A DNA stretch of 64,000 bases from Phoronis australis (lineage: Eukaryota; Animalia; Phoronida): NCBI GenBank assembly GCA_002633005.1, contig NMRA01000011.1, positions 1,376,555 to 1,440,554 on the forward strand. The letters are read 5' to 3'. The first letter of the stretch is position 1. Every line of letters begins with the position of its first letter. Positions 40,435 to 54,499 of this stretch are shown here, piece by piece. A model generated the notes under the pieces. It saw nothing but the letters and a program-made list of their open reading frames with translations. It was not told where the DNA came from and ran no database searches. The position numbers were made by a program, and so were the translations under genes.

Positions 40435-41009
40435 ATACATATAGATATATACATAGTAAACACAAAAACAGTCTCAATTTACGACATTGCAGCGGTCAAA
40501 AATCCATTGCTATATTACTTACCTAACCTGTTAAGGCTTCCAGAAATGGACTGAATTATCACCGAACGCCTGCTGGTTTATATAACTTACAAATCATTGG
40601 ATCGCTGCATAACAATAAAGACGTCAGCACCAGCACCTTTCTAATCCTCCGCATGACGTCACACATGCTTTCGGGGCAGCTGGGGGGGGGGGGGGGCATT
40701 GCGNGAACACCACGTCAGATTGTTCTCTTTCTTCATATAGTGCACCAGACATTTTTATACTGTGTACGCATTAGCAGATTTTGTTTGTGTCGGTAGCACC
40801 TATTTGTTAGATAAACTGTCACACTCTGGTGGTAAAATAAATATTTTACTTACCTTCTGTCGGGCCTTGGCTTGCGAGACCTGTGACTCTGGCAATAAAA
40901 CCGGTTTGTGCTGCAGTCTATGGCAACTAGAGACGAGTCCGTGTCATGTGGTCCATCCCTAGTTGACAAATGCTTCGTGTTCATCGATCTTGTTTCAAGT
41001 GAAAAACTG

Positions 41010-41412
41010 CATTATAGACCAAGATCCCAGAGCTTTTTTGGGCATGAAAATGTAACCAATTTTCTTAAGTACCACAGTGCTCTACGGGTATCCTCATGCT
41101 TGGAAATGACCGTCTGACAGTTTCGCTCTGGTGGCTGTGGTCAGGGGAGCCAAGAGAATGGCACTCAAAAATTGAGCTAGATCAACTTTTCTGGTAACCA
41201 CTTCAAACTGCCTTCGATACATACCACATAATTCACTGTATCAACGTTGGTCACTGCCAGACAATTTCAGTGGTGGAGAGTATCAGCCAGACGGATATAA
41301 ACAAGGTAAAAAATTGAGCTAGATCAATCCAAGAGGTAACCGCATGAAACCAGTTGCAAAATAATCACCCTGAGACCAGGTATCACGAATGAACACAGCC
41401 AGACAAATCTTT
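41010..41412 (-). repeat. Inverted copy of 47755-48145 (end of the satellite-bearing repeat)
   Basis: e.g. ttgagctagatcaa is the reverse complement of ttgatctagctcaa; collinear over ~400 bp. Confidence 0.85.
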
Positions 41413-41745
41413 TTATTAAACACCTCTCTGAACTCAAATGCATAATATCCTATTCAGGCCCTTAGCCAGCACTGAGCGGGGGGTGGCTCGAATTTCAAAA
41501 TCGATGGACCTTTGATATTTTGCAAATGTCGACAATGAAGAATTTTCGGCAAGGGCTTTGAGACAGGTTATTTAGGGGGAAGGGAAATCTGTATACGCAA
41601 CGATGAAGTGCTTAAATGAGTGATTACACCTCCTTGCATAATCAGACGAAAATATGAAGTTTAGTCGGCGAATGAACAAATCGACAAAATTGTTTTTCTG
41701 GTTGTATTTTAGCGTGTTACTTAAGTTGCTTACATCGCTGTAAAT

Positions 41746-43415
41746 GGGAACAGCCCGCTATTTCGAAGGTTCACTACTCGAAGGTTAACTACTCCGAAGA
41801 TTCACTACTTCGAAGATTCACTACTCCGAAGATTCACTGCTCCAAAAATATCCAAACTTTCAAACTCAGATGTGAATTTTAACCTTTTACATGCAAAAAT
41901 AAACGATATTTTGGTTATTAAATTCACCTATACCGAAAACGGGCACTAAAACGCTTTGTTTGGATTTATGTAGAAAGTAGCCACCGTCTCCAGCTGGCAA
42001 GCACAACAGTACTTATGAAATGGTAGTCAGACTTCACCGTGCATGAGAAATTGCCCGCATATCTTAAAGTGAGTACGTACTTGCATTTTAAAACGATATG
42101 AAGTACGAATACCGATGAAATATCAAACATGCACATTCATCAAATCCATGTCAAGATCTCATTGCATTGCGTCGCACACGGCGGAGTCAAAACTAAATGA
42201 AGTTAGTACAGTGGCGGATCTAGGATATCACAAGGGGGGGCCAACATTTGGTCCGGCTGTAAGCATTTGCGCAAACTGAACCACGATTGTAAATGCGCAT
42301 AACACCTCTAAAAATCACACGCATTTTCCTTGATTCCTGAAGTATTATCCAAGAAAAAAAGGAAAAAAAAAACACGGAGAACGTGTCAAACAGGAAAAAC
42401 TGCAAGTACCAAAGACCTGAACTCACAACTTGGCGGATAGAGCGCGCGTGCGTTACCACTACACCACCACGATTTAACTACTAATCTCATACTAAGAGAC
42501 CTACTTGTTTATGATCCACAGCGTTCGCGCGCGAAACCTACTTCTTTTTGTGATGCTTATTACACGTTTCATATTTTATGCCATCAATTCTTAACAAATT
42601 TGTCGTATTTAAAATAGTCTGCAAATGCTCAAAAGACCAATTCCGTTTTATCGTGTTGGCAATAATGACGGTATTGCTTTGGAAATCGTCTTAAGATAAG
42701 GTTTGACAAAGAGAGTATTGCGAGTTTCTGAGTGATTCACTAAGGCTTCGATTAAAATTCACATCTTACCAGCAGCTTCTGTTTTTTCATCGTCTCTCAG
42801 GTTCCATTTTCTTTAAAAAATGAAGTAAAGTTTCTTCATTGCACAGTGGAGCAGACGACGGAAACTGTGTCGTAGTGCAGAGCGCCACTGCCATTCGCCT
42901 GGGATATCTTGGGAGAGCTAATATACTTAGCCATAGTTCCGTTACGAATGCGCCGAGTTCCGAATTTGACACTTGAAATTGGATTTGAGCCCCCCCAACA
43001 CTAAAACTGCACACATTTAAATCTTTTTTGATCCGTATAATTTTAATTACCGTGGTTTATTAATAAACTCAACATTTCCCTACCCTCTTTCTGTTTTATT
43101 TTTTGAGGCAGCCAGGGGGGGGGGGGCGAGCCCCCTGGCCCCCCCTAAATCCGCCTATGTACTCGGCCACCCTGTCCTTGCCGGTCCTCACGAAGTCAAG
43201 GAGTCCCATTCAGTCTTCTTAAATTTGAAACCGCCGTTGGTCGCCGCAGCCTTGACACGTGCCCCAGATGTTGTCTCTTCTTGGGAACATGAGTCCTGAT
43301 CACACACTCAAGAGTAGTGAACTGGAATAGTGGAAATTCAAAGTAGTGAATTTTAGATGGTAACGAACCTTCGGTGTAGTGGACATTCGGAGTACTGGAC
43401 CTTCGGAGTATTCTC
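41746..43415. mobile_element. TIR element with tandem 16-bp subterminal repeats, carrying a nested MITE
   Basis: Left (cactactccgaagatt)n at 41760-41843; inverted degenerate (ccttcggagtagtg-like)n at 43310-43412. Confidence 0.55.
42209..43159. mobile_element. MITE, longer copy of 11299-12159
   Basis: cagtggcggatctagga ... taaatccgcctatg. Confidence 0.85.
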
Positions 43416-44832
43416 AGTGCAAGAAAGCACTCACCTGTAGCTGAATGTCTGGATTTTGAGCACGACAGAGGACTGTCTGTAATGAACTCACTGAATTTAG
43501 AAGAACAGAAACAGTCACAGTACGTGTACACGCATGGGTGTCAACATATTTGCATATTTGACGATCAATTTCAATTCAAAATTTGAAAAACGCCTACAGT
43601 TCTACCGTACTATGCTTCAATTAAACCAAAATAGCAGAATAACAAATCTCAGTTTTCTGCTGTTTGGTTTCTTGACCGAGTTTAAGGCATTCACGCCACG
43701 CTATATACATGTACATTTAGCTTACTTATGTCGTAGGGCTTGACTTTTAGCTTAGGTATAAACATTCATTTATAGACTCCCTTGTTACCCTTTGGTGTAG
43801 CCACCACGCGCGTAGTTTATGAATAACGTAAAGCCTCCTCTTATCGTATGCACGATCCTATCTTCTACACAAACAGGGGCACTCGGGCGAATTTGGCAGA
43901 GTACGGCCCGATACCACGTGAAGCGCTTTGAATCAGAAGCAAATTCAAATTTATTACTAACTTACTTGTCATTGTACTTAGTAACACCAGTAGTTTCAAC
44001 AATTATGTTGTTGTTCATTTATATCCTATCTTTAACGAATATGCTGGGGCTGGACCTTTTCAGCGGGAGAGGGGTTCGATTGAATCCCCCAAACCCCCTG
44101 GCTGTAAATATTAATAATGAAAGTAACAAGGCGAAACATAAACTAGAATCATTACTTGATTCAACTCCAGATCAGTCACAAATTCCAAAAAGATTATACA
44201 TAGTGGTTGGATACCCCTCCCCCAATGTGGATGTCCGATGATTGAGCACTACTGTATATACAGTATAACATCTATGAATAATTAATTTGAACGTGTTTTA
44301 TATTGACTATGAAGACAAAAAGCCCTGTTCTATTGCCCACATATCTGTGTCGTGCAAGTCCAATTATTGTCAACCTAACTAAACTGAAAAAACTATCAGG
44401 ACTCGTTATTCCCACAATGTTCCCCATCTGGCGTAATTTGGGCGGTTCATGTACATGTAGCATTGTCGGGAAAATGTTGATATTAATATCTACTCACACC
44501 ATTGGTCTTGACGCATCTATGGAGTTCTCTGTGGGCTCAGTTTATGAGAAAGATGTAGATTGTCCAAAACTGATCAGTTTTCCCAAATTTGCCATTAACC
44601 ACTATGAAATGAAGGATGTCCGCCCACATACATAACGCAGACGACAGCAAAAGACGGCATTTCGATTATTCCTCGTTTTAGCAGTTGCATCAAATGACTC
44701 GTCCGAAAACAGAGGGACGATGTTTAGACTGGTAAAATAGGATAACGAAAAATCGAAATTCGTGCAAACACAATGTGCCATTCCTTACGGAAGGATTTTA
44801 GGTTTCGTTTTTGATAGTGAACCATACAGTAT

Positions 44833-46948
44833 ATACCCTATTCACGCCGACAGGAGGCGCGTTCCAAAACGAGGCTCGCTACGATAGCTGTGGTGGCTCA
44901 TCCGCGTAGTTGTGCTCCACGTTGCCCGAACAGCTAGAAAAAATACGGACACTCAAGTATCTGTTTTGCAATCCCTAAGGACGTTGGGATTCGGAAACGT
45001 TGGGTCCTTGCCATACGCCGCGACGAAGGAAATATGTCCGTGTAAAAGTTATAACTTGTGGCATCTCAGATGCCGCCATAGCAACGAGGACCGGAGAATC
45101 TTCGGTCAGCCAGGCTGTGTTGTCATGACTATGGGTTGAAGCGCGATGCATTTTTCTTTACAAAAAGAACAGGGTCCTCAATCCCTCAATTTTGGGGTCA
45201 AATATCGGCCCTATTCTTCTCTCGAAAATATTGAAAAATCACGCAAAATTCCTGGCCCCACGAGGCCTAAATCCCTTAGTGATTGAAAATTTCTCTCCAA
45301 CGGTTCAATTCACCTGTGTCCACAGAGGTGACAATTTCAAAAAAGTACAAAATCATAGGCGGATTTAGGGGGGGGGNNNNNNNNNNNNNNNNNNNNNNNN
45401 NNNNNNNNNNNNNNNNNNNNNNNNNNNNNNNNNNNNNNNNNNNNNNNNNNNNNNNNNNNNNNNNNNNNNNNNNNNNNNNNNNNNNNNNNNNNNNNNNNNN
45501 NNNNNNNNNNNNNNNNNNNNNNNNNNNNNNNNNNNNNNNNNNNNNNNNNNNNNNNNNNNNNNNNNNNNNNNNNNNNNNNNNNNNNNNNNNNNNNNNNNNN
45601 NNNNNNNNNNNNNNNNNNNNNNNNNNNNNNNNNNNNNNNNNNNNNNNNNNNNNNNNNNNNNNNNNNNNNNNNNNNNNNNNNNNNNNNNNNNNNNNNNNNN
45701 NNNNNNNNNNNNNNNNNNNNNNNNNNNNNNNNNNNNNNNNNNNNNNNNNNNNNNNNNNNNNNNNNNNNNNNNNNNNNNNNNNNNNNNNNNNNNNNNNNNN
45801 NNNNNNNNNNNNNNNNNNNNNNNNNNNNNNNNNNNNNNNNNNNNNNNNNNNNNNNNNNNNNNNNNNNNNNNNNNNNNNNNNNNNNNNNNNNNNNNNNNNN
45901 NNNNNNNNNNNNNNNNNNNNNNNNNNNNNNNNNNNNNNNNNNNNNNNNNNNNNNNNNNNNNNNNNNNNNNNNNNNNNNNNNNNNNNNNNNNNNNNNNNNN
46001 NNNNNNNNNNNNNNNNNNNNNNNNNNNNNNNNNNNNNNNNNNNNNNNNNNNNNNNNNNNNNNNNNNNNNNGGGGGCAAGGCAGAGTATTAGCCAGGACTT
46101 CGCGCTTCTGAATTGCCAATTGGAATCTGGGAATTTTAGGGTGGGGCATGGCCCCCTTGGCTCCCCTCTAAATACGCCACTGTGTTCTGTCCAGTTAACT
46201 AAAATTGAGCTCTAAAACGAGGTTATGCTTTGGACGAAAGAATTAGGTGTTTTAATTTTAAAATTCAGTTTGGTCGAGATTGATATTTGAAAAATATAAC
46301 ACATGAAATTAAAACCAAGAAAGTAGAATTGATGGTCATATAATTTTTATTTTCAATCGCGAGCCTGGCTTTTTATCGTAATCAAAATATATATTTAATA
46401 ACATCAAGTATTATTTCAGATCAATGACAAATCAACTGTTAGTCCCGGTAGCGCCTACCTCACCAGGACCTAGGCTATGACTTGAAGCTAATAGGAAGAC
46501 TAGTCTTGATCAACAAATTAAACCAGATGTAACTAATTGCACATGACAGCAAAATGCTATGAGCCACCACTGTCGAATATATCTTCAACTCGTCAACGAT
46601 ACGACCAGATTACCTGGTTCGTGTAGAAAGCATTTTTATCAAGAATTTATAAGAAGAAACGTAACCCTGCATTCAGCATGATACCTAATCCGTAACACTA
46701 CTATCGCCGCAATTTTGTCATGTTAACTTTTCATTTTTCAAACCTAGTTTTCCGGAAAAAAATTATATCCTTTCGTCAGACAACTCTTTGGTGCATTGAC
46801 TTGTTCTTTAACTGTATTTTTCTACCTCTCTGTGGTTAATTATTGACACATTTTTAAGATTTAATATTCAGGTTGGACTCCAAAAAACCGGCCATTTAAC
46901 TCAGGCTTTGTTTATCGCAGTGAGCCTCCGCCGCGTGAATAGAGTCTA
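44833..46948. mobile_element. Non-autonomous TIR element, copy 2 (contains gap 45377-46070)
   Basis: accctattcacgccg ... ccgcgtgaatagagtct; collinear with 18423-20221. Confidence 0.8.
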
Positions 46949-47179
46949 TGGAGTATTCCACTGTTGTCGCATAGACTTGTGACGTCGGTCCAACCCCAGG
47001 CGCGATGTTTCTGGTTTTCATGCCCTGACGTCAACTTGCGGACAAAAATCTCTCACCTTGTGTGGTGACTTATGTCATACGAACTCACTGGCTTTACTAA
47101 AAATCGAAATGCCTGGTTCCTCAATGTGATGCTTATTCTACGTGAATGGGCTTAAAATCAATTTTACTTCGGCTCTTTA

Positions 47180-48000
47180 TAATTTGTCTGACGGGGGCAC
47201 CACACCGCTGAAATTGTCTGGCATCTTACTTTTGCGGCATGTTCAGTGACGCCGAACATCGTGCAATTGGTTTCAAACGGTTACCTGGTGGGTTGGTCTA
47301 GCTCAACTCAGGTACTTGGGCGTGTCTGGTGGGGATAATCCATCAGTAGATTTGTCTGGCAGTATTTCTTCTTGATACCTGGGCTTACGAAGATTATTTC
47401 GCAATTTGTTTCATGTGGTTACCTCTTGGGTTGATCTCAACTCAGGTATTTGGGCGTGTCTGGCGGGGCTAACCCACCACTAGATTTGTCTGGCAATGTT
47501 TATTCGTGGGCTTACGGTGAATATTTTGCAAATGGTTTTAAGCGGTTACCTCTTGGGTTGATCTAGCTCAATTTTAACCCGTTATGGTAATTGTCTGGCA
47601 GGGGCATCCCAGCACTGAAATTGTCTGACATCTAACTGTTGTGCCATGTGCAGTGATGCTGAACATCGTGCAATTGGTTTCAAACGGTAACCTGGTGGGT
47701 TCATCTAGCTCAACTCGGGTATTTGGGCGTGTCTAGCGGAGCTAACCCACCACTAGATTTGTCTGGCAGTTTTCATTCGTGATACCTGGGCTCACGGTGA
47801 ATATTTTGCAACTGGTTTCATGCGGTTACCTCTTGGATTGATCTAGCTCAATTTTTTACCTTGTTCACAACCGTCTGACTGATACTCTCCACCACTGAAA
47901 TTGTCTGGCAGTGACCAATTTTGATAAAGTCGATTGCGTAGTACTGAGGTATCGAAGACAGTTTGAAGTGGTTACCAGAAAAGTTGATCTAGCTCAATAT
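47180..48000. repeat. Tandem array of six ~130-145-bp units
   Basis: ggttacc...ttgatctagctcaa recurs at ~47279, 47417, 47544, 47686, 47824 and 47970. Confidence 0.9.
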
Positions 48001-49086
48001 TTGAGTGCCATTCTCTTGGCTCCCCATGACCATACCCACCAGACTGTCATTTCAAAGCATGAGGATACTCATAGACCACTGTGGTACCAAAGAAAATTGG
48101 TTACCTTTTCATGCCCAAAAAGGTCTGGGATCCCGGTCTATAACTTTCATGGCAAAGTACTCATGACGGGTAACATTTTCCTGACGTGAAATTTTGCTGT
48201 GTAACGTTTCTTGTTTTGCGCTGGTCACATCTTCGTTGATGCGTTATTTTGTGTGGTACGTTGACTGTTTTGAACCTCAGTTTCTTGGTGTAAGTGATAT
48301 TATTTGTTAATATTTGTATATAAAGTAATTTTTGAAGGACATAGGAAATACCGGAGAATTTGTTTTATCAACAATGTTTGTAAAGTCTTGTTTTGGACAT
48401 TTTGAAAAGTTTGCCGACACAAGAACATTTAACTGTTGGGATTCAACTTTGAACAGTTGAAATGGTTGCAGTGCCTGTGAAATGGCTAGTATGGATATTT
48501 TGATACGGAGGGTGATTCTTTCGACTTTTTCAACAGCTTGGGCCATCAATGCATCCAGTCAACTTGTTTTCTTCCTGTTTTACGTTTTCTATCTCACTTG
48601 ACTTCCCACGACGTCCAAAAATCAAAACCAGAAAATTCGGATAAGTGATGAGCATGTGAAACGTTAACAATCAAGGTTTTGTTTCTGCGTTTACGAAAGG
48701 TCGAACCTCTTCATAACACTGTTGACCTCGTACACTAGTAGCGTCGTGTGGTCATGCGACAATCGGGGTCAGGTACGGCTATCAAATGTTTTTGCTTTGG
48801 TTAAGAACACATTTAAACTCCAATCGCTGTTCATGCAACATTTTGTGAAGAATTTGTAGAGCTTGTTCAGGAATCATAAAATTCTGGGTGGAGCGAAGTT
48901 AGCAACCGTTGCAAAAATATTCGTTGCAGGAAATGGCACGTTTGGGGTTCTGCGAAAACTCCATTAAGCTGCGGTACGGTTGAATCAACTGTTCATTGAA
49001 ATAATTCGAGAACAACAGTAATTTACAGGGTTCTCAAATTTCGGGGACCAGTTTGATGCTCGTTAATCCGTGGATAAAACAAACTG

Positions 49087-49857
49087 GGCCCGGTCTCCAA
49101 TCTCCGTACTCAGACTCGAATCATGCTCAAACTCACACTNNNNNNNNNNNNNNNNNNNNNNNNNNNNNNNNNNNNNNNNNNNNNNNNNNNNNNNNNNNNN
49201 NNNNNNNNNNNNNNNNNNNNNNNNNNNNNNNNNNNNNNNNNNNNNNNNNNNNNNNNNNNNNNNNNNNNNNNNNNNNNNNNNNNNNNNNNNNNNNNNNNNN
49301 NNNNNNNNNNNNNNNNNNNNNNNNNNNNNNNNNNNNNNNNNNNNNNNNNNNNNNNNNNNNNNNNNNNNNNNNNNNNNNNNNNNNNNNNNNNNNNNNNNNN
49401 NNNNNNNNNNNNNNNNNNNNNNNNNNNNNNNNNNNNNNNNNNNNNNNNNNNNNNNNNNNNNNNNNNNNNNNNNNNNNNNNNNNNNNNNNNNNNNNNNNNN
49501 NNNNNNNNNNNNNNNNNNNNNNNNNNNNNNNNNNNNNNACAGAACACTCAGAATTCCACGTTATAGACATACTGTTGTAGTTGTAGCGACAGCAGACGAT
49601 AATGTAGGCCTAGTTCTTGGGGTGGTCTATTCCAATAGGGAGCGATGAATCAGCGCGGCTTTGCGTGATTTTGCATTTCACATCATAAATAGTTCCATAG
49701 CAACTCGAGTATGAGTGTCAGATTTGAGTACGTTTGGAGTCTACTCGAACTACGACATTAGATACGCTTTTTTGAGTACGACTCCAGTGAGCACGATTTT
49801 GAGTATGAAATCTCGAGTATGAGTATGAGTCTGAGTACGGAGATTGGAGACCGGGCC
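49087..49857. mobile_element. PIF/Harbinger-like MITE with 3-bp CTG TSD (spans gap 49140-49538)
   Basis: ctg|ggcccggtctccaatctccgtactcagactc ... gagtctgagtacggagattggagaccgggcc|ctg. Confidence 0.8.
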
Positions 49858-50149
49858 CTGGTTTTCAAAGTGTACATGTAGGACGCCTGTGACTATTACC
49901 GTTTCCAGTAGGCGTTGTGTTTGCACACCTGATTCTCCCGCGCGACAGGATACCAAAACGTAACCAGTGCTAACCCCATTTACTCACTCCCAGAGTTATG
50001 ATGGTCCGGTTAAAGCGACTTTATCCTATAGGCGCTGGAACAGTCAGGTGCAAAACGGCTATGTGATATTGTTTTCCGTATTTCCCACCCGGACTACTTT
50101 GCTCAAGCTACGATATCCACGCTCCCTTTATTGTTATGTCCAACAAAGG

Positions 50150-51120
50150 AAGGAAAACAATGGAAGTGTCCCGTAGGCGATAACCCTAAGACGCCCTTAA
50201 ACCCGTCGCATGGATATCACAAATTAAATAATACCGTGCCACCTCCGAACGACGTCATTTAGCATGGGAAATGTTGTTGCATTCTCACACTATCAATTAA
50301 AGCTGCATTAAACCCATGCATTCTGTCACAACATGTTTCGATCTACGCCTTTTATCCTTATAATTTTGGTTTCCAGAATAAACGAACGGCAAAATGATCG
50401 ATACGCCACCGATGTCTGATATTTTATCGTGAGCACTTTGTTCTATGGCCCTGGAATTTTTTTTAGATTTCTGAGCTAAAATTGAAATTAGTAAATTTCT
50501 TCGACCCCTCTCATTGAAATGCACAGTTCTATTCATGAACTTCGTTCTCAGTAACAGAAACACTTTAAATGATCGTATCTTACCTGGAAGACAGCGGTCC
50601 TCCAGTGTTGGTACTGGCGTTTGTTTACACTTTCCGTTAACGATAAAATAACCAAGTTGCTGAAAAAAGTAGAGTGTTTGGGTTATAGAAAAAGGTGTTG
50701 ATCAAATTTGTTTTGATTTGAAAATTACTTAAAGGTGATGTCACTTTTACATCGATTGCAACCAAAACCTGCAATAAAATCGGAATTGAAAAATGCATCT
50801 GTGCTTACAAAATAGTGTAGTTGAGAAGTGGCATTTACCATAATCACATTTGTGAAGAAGAAACTAGCTAGGAAATCATTCAAAATATAAACACTGCTTT
50901 CATAAGTTATTGAATAAGCGGTCAAGAAATTGACTTTTATCGAACTTAATGTGGTTACGTCAAATTGAAAGACCAAAGGACAATTAGAAAAGCTTTCTAT
51001 TCGTTCTAGGCAACTTTTAATTTTTTCATGAAATCATAATCTTCTAATTTTTTTATAGGTCGTCATACAGAAATGCAGCATTTTAATATAAACAAATCAT
51101 GAACCAACTAAACGGTGTAT
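50150..51120. repeat. Dispersed repeat, copy of 5190-6765
   Basis: Collinear shared blocks. Confidence 0.75.
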
Positions 51121-54100
51121 GATATTCAAAACTGTTGTAAATATAGATACTCAGGGTGAACAAATCGACAACGTATCTCCGCACCACCTTACCTTTTTTA
51201 TTCGCGACGACCCCAATTAAAAAAAATGGCTGCGGGTATAAAAAATAACAGCAGAGTTTTCAGTAAAACGCTCAACGTGCGACTTAGAAGTCTTTCTCCT
51301 TGGCGTACATGTAAACTTCCAAAAATCATTCTGAGATATGAACACCAGGTAAGATTATGGTCTCTTTCTGCACGAGAAGCAATGACTATTTTAAACTGTG
51401 TGCGTGCGCATTAGAAGATTTTATATCACCTGTTTTTTATTACTGTCACACCTTCGGTTCAGTAGGCAACAATCATGCTGAGCATTGGTTTTACGAGAAC
51501 TGTGACCGGTTTGTGGTCCGAGCCTGTGACAACTAGAGATGGTTCTGTGTCTTATGGTCTATCCCTAGTTGACACAGGTTTCGTGCTCAGCCATTTTGTT
51601 TCAAGTTTCAAGTTTCAATCACCTTTATGATCTGATGGTCGAGACGTCCACAAATTGTGAGACCCAGCTACGCATTATTATAACTTGCTTTCATTTAGCA
51701 GTGATTTTAAATTAAAGCAACAGCGATTCAGACGGTGAGGTACACAATGTTAGGATTGCCTTATCGAGTCGGCACCTCCAGCTTGTGCAGTTCTTCGTAT
51801 GTTTTATATAAAAATCTACTGAAGTACTTCAAATACAATTCAGAGTAAGCAAAATGTGCCAAATTGACCAAAAGTGAGATTTGATATGCTGACTACGAAC
51901 TATTCAAGTCTAACTCCTTTTGCATGCCTGAAGTTGCAGTAAAAGTTGATGAAGTGAAAGTCTTCATGGAATATCTGTAACCAAGGCTTGTATGGCGACA
52001 TGTAGTCATTGTTGACACCAGGCTACATGAATCAGCTGTAGGTTCTCTTGCATCTTACCACAAAGAAAGACATCGGCCCAACTAAGCGCCATATTTATTG
52101 CGCGTGGGGTATCGCAGGGCATTCCCCTTTTAAAATAGCTGCGCTGCTTAAAGCTTTCGTCAGCAGACAGACAGCTAGTGGTGGATCCACTGTTAATGTC
52201 ATGGCGACCAGAGATATTGAAAATTGGGGGGACAAAATGGCGTCGAGGAGAGGATTGAATTGTGGCAACCCAGAGAGGGCGTGAATTAGAGGTGATCTTA
52301 CATTTTCTTTACACACACCACTATAGAAAACCTTGATAAATGTACGCTTACATGTACATTCACTTTTTATTTGTTGAGTGTTTGACGATGCGTCATACTC
52401 CTACTTAACTGGTGAACAGAGGCAACTAACCCTCTCCTTTAGTACATGTACCTTCCTTAGAAAGTACATGTATGACTGACCCCGAGCTTGAACTCGGCTA
52501 AGTTGGTTAAATGTTATTTTCAATCACGTTTAACTTTTAAATCTTATAACAATGCATAAGCTGTAAGCGTTGGGAGTAATGAAACAAGCACAGTGATTAC
52601 TATACACCTCTGCAAGGGGGTGGGTCGGGCAAGCTCGAATCATGACGGCGTGGCTATAGTGCTTATGAGTGTACGAGTTGCATTTTGAACTCGATGTACT
52701 GCTCTTGGAAATCACTATGAAGTCAATCGAATAATTAATTTTAGTTACTTTTCACAAAACTTCTATGTTGTTAAATCAAGCACTTTATTGGAAAATTAAC
52801 AAAAGCAAAGACAGCAATGCCATAATTTCGTAACTGTCATTTACAATCTGATTGTCCAAGTACATGTACATCCTTCTCCATAGGTCTCCGCAGACACTTT
52901 TGAGGACACCTGTAATGTTAAAATGTAGCCTTTTAAGCCACGCAACGCGCCATTTGTTTGTTGTCTTCTTGCGATTACTACCTGTATTGGAGTATCCCTG
53001 CTGCGGGGCTATGATAATGGGAGGTGGTAATGGGCATGCCTCATTCGCACAATCTCTGCTAGTGCCTATTATTCTCTGCCGCAAGGCCTCATGCGTGTTT
53101 TAAACTTGTCCATAAGCAATTTCTTTCAACACCAGTACGAGGCCCTGCAACTCATACGAGGAAATTGCAATCCCTTAAGAACGTTTCAACAGATGGTTGG
53201 TTGCATCAACAAGGGGGGGGGGTCCGAGGCTAAATGACTCCTTCCGGTATTTGTTCAAAAAATTTATATGGCGTTAGAAGTGTTAATATCTTTGTGATCA
53301 TAAAACTCTAGGGAAAGGGACATTTTCGATAAACAAGCGAGCAGATTTTCCAAATTTGCTCTCTAAAACCAAATATACTTGATTTTTTATATCACTGTTG
53401 TTTAAGCTTTATTTACAGGAAAATTTGTGTCAATTTTTCACACGTTCTGGCAAATAGATAAAGCAGATGTTTTCTACGTCAACCAGCTTCAGAAAACTGT
53501 TAATTTCAACAGTTCCAAATACAAAAAAACATTTTGAATACGATCACTAGCTGGGTGAAGATCACTCGCTCAAGGACATAATTCATTTATATGTTGTTTT
53601 CAGTCTGCATAATTGTTTCTCTAGGATATTTTCAAATTCTCTTTGTTAATTCCCGACCGAGACAGGTGTAACAGAGGGATGAAATCAACTTTTTGTTGCC
53701 GGTACGTTGAATATATAATGAATTGAACATTAGTGAAAGCAATACCAGGCAGTGGGCCGTGAAATGTGTCAGGCACAGCCATGAGCGTATGAAGGATTTC
53801 CCATCATCACAGAAACGGAAACCAATCTTAAACGACCGTGGAGCAAAGAAAAAGTAAAGAAATGCCCTAGACAGCGTTGTCCCGTTTTGACCAAGAACGA
53901 GTTACAGGTGGTGCATAAAGTTCATGTCAGTCGGACAAGGAATGCCCCCTGTAGTATGGGTGCGAACACTGACTCATGATATCAAACGAAAATGAATCAA
54001 TACAATCAAATTTGAAACATGACCGAATAGCAGTTAAAATAGCACTCCACAATCAACCGATTAATTCTTACTTCAAAATAACGAAAGAAGCTCTTCATTC

Positions 54101-54499
54101 CGGCCTCTGTGACTCGAACTGTCTTATGGATTAATTACAATGGCTGCATTTGATTATCTTCTCTGGGCCTGGGATATCTGGGTAGGTCTAGAGTTCAGTA
54201 ACACTGGGACCTCGCTATTTAGCAAGACTTTACCGAATATTAGGTGAGATGTTGCCGTGAATTTTATATAAGAAAACGTGATTTTGGCTACATAGATTTT
54301 AGTGAGGTCCTAGGGGCGGTCCTAGCGTTATACAGAACTCTACCCTGATTGGTCTGTAAGCCGGAAGTCGTCATCGAGCAACAATCTGATTGATGTCTTA
54401 GATGGTTGACCCGGCGGAAACAGCAAAGTCAATCAAGTGCCACCAATGCAGCGGCCTAACCGATTGAGTACCAGATCTCAAATGGTCACATGACACATA

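Noticed and set aside
47180-48000. CRISPR-like repeat/spacer appearance
   Set aside because: The intervening segments are homologous to each other, the repeats are degenerate, the context is eukaryotic and there are no cas genes
37151-49648. Long ORFs made of X residues
   Set aside because: Artefacts of N-gaps at 37224-37740, 45377-46070 and 49140-49538
51890-52040. Possible fourth EPDR exon (ADSCSLVST...)
   Set aside because: Only vague similarity, with no supporting neighbouring exons
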